Below the pieces are notes generated by a model. That model did not search any database and was not told the DNA's origin. It saw only the letters and a list, made by a program, of their open reading frames with translations. Position numbers and translations under genes: made by a program. A stretch of DNA of 64,000 nucleotides, from the NCBI RefSeq assembly GCF_036321535.1, contig NC_087437.1, positions 12,650,001 to 12,714,000 on the forward strand. The letters run 5' to 3'. This DNA comes from Camelus dromedarius. Lineage: Eukaryota. Below, piece after piece: positions 63,961-64,000 of this stretch (position 1 is the stretch's first letter; each line of letters begins with the position of its first letter).

Positions 63961-64000
63961 AAAAAATTGGCTGATGATCCAAATTGATATTTTTCCAAAG

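Noticed and set aside
1..64000. CRISPR array, rRNA, snoRNA or prokaryotic defence system
   Set aside because: No repeat-spacer arrays or recognisable structured RNA genes; content is explained by two spliced mammalian genes and interspersed repeats

Overview
Mammalian genomic DNA, most likely a camelid, judging from a vic-1-like tRNA-derived SINE and the style of the young L1 3' ends. The window holds two convergent genes. RARB (+ strand) contributes its last four coding exons (ligand-binding domain, 1350-10864) and 3' UTR (AATAAA at 12114). TOP2B (- strand) contributes exons 2-36 (57267 down to stop at 12510; 4803 nt CDS in window, all GT-AG, frame intact); exon 1 lies outside the window. 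The two 3' ends meet at a near-palindromic AATAAA/TTTATT element. Introns carry MIR, L2, L1, hAT MITEs, MaLR LTRs, a MER41-like ERV1 solo LTR with 4-bp TSD, and several young L1/SINE insertions with TSDs. GC and CpG content fall steeply from the RARB side to the AT-rich 5' part of TOP2B. No prokaryote-type or clearly novel multi-gene system is evident. The best leads are the shared bidirectional poly(A) site, the GC-biased drift reaching into coding sequence, the MER41-like LTR with an N4-spaced GAS motif, and candidate cryptic micro/poison exons in the TOP2B C-terminal region. Repeat family names, exon numbering and comparisons to human proteins are from recall, not database searches.
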